NCBI GenBank assembly: GCA_963664435.2
Contig: CAXXKM010000001.1
Span: 64,001-128,000 of the forward strand
Direction: 5' to 3'
Length of the DNA: 64,000 nt
Source: Longimicrobiales bacterium
GTDB taxonomy: Bacteria > Gemmatimonadota > Gemmatimonadetes > Longimicrobiales > Gaopeijiaceae
How positions within the stretch are numbered: position 1 is the first letter of the stretch; each line of letters starts with the position of its first letter. The notes under the pieces are model-generated. The model saw only the letters and a program-made list of their open reading frames with translations, had not been told where the DNA came from and made no database searches. Positions 62,402 to 64,000 of the stretch are shown piece after piece. The translations under genes were made by a program, and so were the position numbers.

Positions 62402-62511
62402 CCCGGACCTCCTGCGCTCAACGAAACAACCGGCGATCTCACTCAATATAGGAAGAGGGCCGGGGTCGCGGTAACACGAGGCCGGACGCCACAGTCAAGA
62501 GGGGGCAGGTG

Positions 62512-64000
62512 ATGGTTGGAAGGAAAAGGCGTCCCGCGATCGTGCGAACTCCGGAACGGGTGACCCGCCGCCAGACAGCCGGCACGGTGCTCGCACTGGC
62601 TTGCTGGCTGGCCGCGGCCTGGGCCGCCACCGCCTCCCCGGCCGCCGCGCAGATCGTGCGCGGGCGGGTGCTGGAAGAGGGGGTCGGCACGCCCCTGGCC
62701 GGCGCGATGATCGTGCTCGTCGACAGCGAAGGCGCCCAGGTCGGACGCATCCTCACCGACGACCTGGGCAGGTTCACGCTGCGCGCGCCGCAGGCCGGAG
62801 CCTACACCCTGCGCGCCGACCGCATCGGCTACGCCAGCATCACCTCCCCGCCTCTCGCTCTGGCCCCCGGAGCCGGCGCCTTCCACGACATGGTGGTCCC
62901 CGTGCAGGCGATCGCATTGGACAACATCACCGTGGAGGGCGAGCGCCGCTGCGTGCTGCGCCCGCAGGGCGGGCTGGACGTGGCGCGGGTGTGGGAAGAG
63001 GCGCGCAAGGCGCTCGAGGCGGCCGCCTTCACCGACGAGACGTCCGTCTACCGCTACGTCACCATGAAGTACGAGCGGGACCTCGACTCCGACGCCCGCA
63101 CCGTGACGAACGAGCAGCGCAACTTCAGCGACCTCATGCAGCGCCAGACTTTTGTCTCGCGCCCCGTCGAGGAGCTCATGGCAGACGGCTTCGTGCAGGA
63201 GGAGGAGGACGGCACCTACTACTACGCCCCCGACGCCAACGTGATGCTCTCGGACGCCTTCCTCGACACACATTGCCTGCGCGTGCGGGAGGGCGAGGAC
63301 GAAACCGAGGGCCTCATCGGGCTCGCCTTCGAACCCGTGGACGGACGTCGCGGGCACATCGACATCCAGGGCGTCATGTGGTTGGAGCCGGAGTCCTCGG
63401 AGCTCCAGTGGCTGGAGTTCGATTACGCGGATCTGGACGCCGACCTCCGTTCGCGGCATCTGGGCGGCAAGGTGATGTTCGCCGGACTCCCCAACGGCAC
63501 CTGGGTGGTGCGCGAGTGGTACATCCGCATGCCCCGCCCCGGGATGAGGCCCAATCCCTTCACCAACATCCCGGAACGTTTCCTGGCGGGGATCCGCGAG
63601 ACCGGCGCCGTGGTCATGCGCATCCTGACCCCGCTGGGAGAGACTCTGGTCGAGGCCGAGACCGGGACGATCGAAGGGACGGTGCTGGATTCCCTGCACA
63701 CCCGCCCGCTGGAGGGTGCGCGGGTTTTCGCGGAGGGCACCGATCACGCCGCCGTCACCGGGCCCGAGGGCAACTACCGGCTGACGGGCCTGACCGAAGG
63801 GGTGTACCGCATCGCCTACCATCACCCGGTGCTCGAGGAGGTGGGGTTCGCGCCCGAGCCTGTCGACGTGGACGTTCGCCGGGGAGAGGTCTCCGCGTTG
63901 CGGCTGCTCACCCCGTCCCGCCGGGAGGTGCTGCGCGATGCCTGCGCGGACGTGGACGCCGTGGACCGCACCGCCGTGCTGGCCGGCCGGGTGGTGGACG
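62512..64000 (+). CDS. Secreted protein with tandem carboxypeptidase-regulatory-like domains (truncated by the window end; start 62512-62560)
   Basis: Manual translation: signal peptide ...SPAAAQIVRGRVLEEG.GTPLAGA..LTDDLGRFTLRAP.AGAYTLRADRIGY; YYAPDANV.LSDAFLDTHC; second domain IEGTVLDS; no stop seen before the window end. Confidence 0.82.
   Translation, partial: MVGRKRRPAIVRTPERVTRRQTAGTVLALACWLAAAWAATASPAAAQIVRGRVLEEGVGTPLAGAMIVLVDSEGAQVGRILTDDLGRFTLRAPQAGAYTLRADRIGYASITSPPLALAPGAGAFHDMVVPVQAIALDNITVEGERRCVLRPQGGLDVARVWEEARKALEAAAFTDETSVYRYVTMKYERDLDSDARTVTNEQRNFSDLMQRQTFVSRPVEELMADGFVQEEEDGTYYYAPDANVMLSDAFLDTHCLRVREGEDETEGLIGLAFEPVDGRRGHIDIQGVMWLEPESSELQWLEFDYADLDADLRSRHLGGKVMFAGLPNGTWVVREWYIRMPRPGMRPNPFTNIPERFLAGIRETGAVVMRILTPLGETLVEAETGTIEGTVLDSLHTRPLEGARVFAEGTDHAAVTGPEGNYRLTGLTEGVYRIAYHHPVLEEVGFAPEPVDVDVRRGEVSALRLLTPSRREVLRDACADVDAVDRTAVLAGRVVD

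Overview
High-GC bacterial chromosome segment with about 45 densely packed CDSs. I found no rRNA, tRNA, CRISPR array, integrase or transposase. Gene families and protein style (acidic secreted S9/M28 peptidases, beta-propeller lipoproteins, GPP34, carboxypeptidase-regulatory-domain protein) suggest a marine, possibly sponge-associated, Gemmatimonadota genome; this is inference from recall, not a search. Contents: B12-binding subunit plus MeaB, ABC1/UbiB kinase, two-subunit aconitase X, divergent hutI/hutF, a dadA-pdxH-dapF-GPP34 run, PQQ sugar dehydrogenase, two tandem SLC13/DASS transporters, about a dozen peptidases or hydrolases, GH109, a ZnuD-like TonB receptor, bactofilin, and a methionine block (metH, yitJ-like HMT/MTHFR fusion, stand-alone MTHFR-like gene). 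Most notable oddities: a two-hairpin leader (UUCG hairpin plus terminator) in front of an internally deleted NYN/PIN nuclease; a YitJ whose MTHFR domain has lost its catalytic residues while a stand-alone MTHFR-like gene lies nearby; a DapF with Ser at both catalytic Cys positions; an AT-rich palindromic codon patch inside a GC-rich peptidase gene; twin perfect palindromes between hutI and hutF; two phased short tandem arrays; and two single-base frameshifts. No single, clearly new multi-gene system could be demonstrated from the sequence alone.
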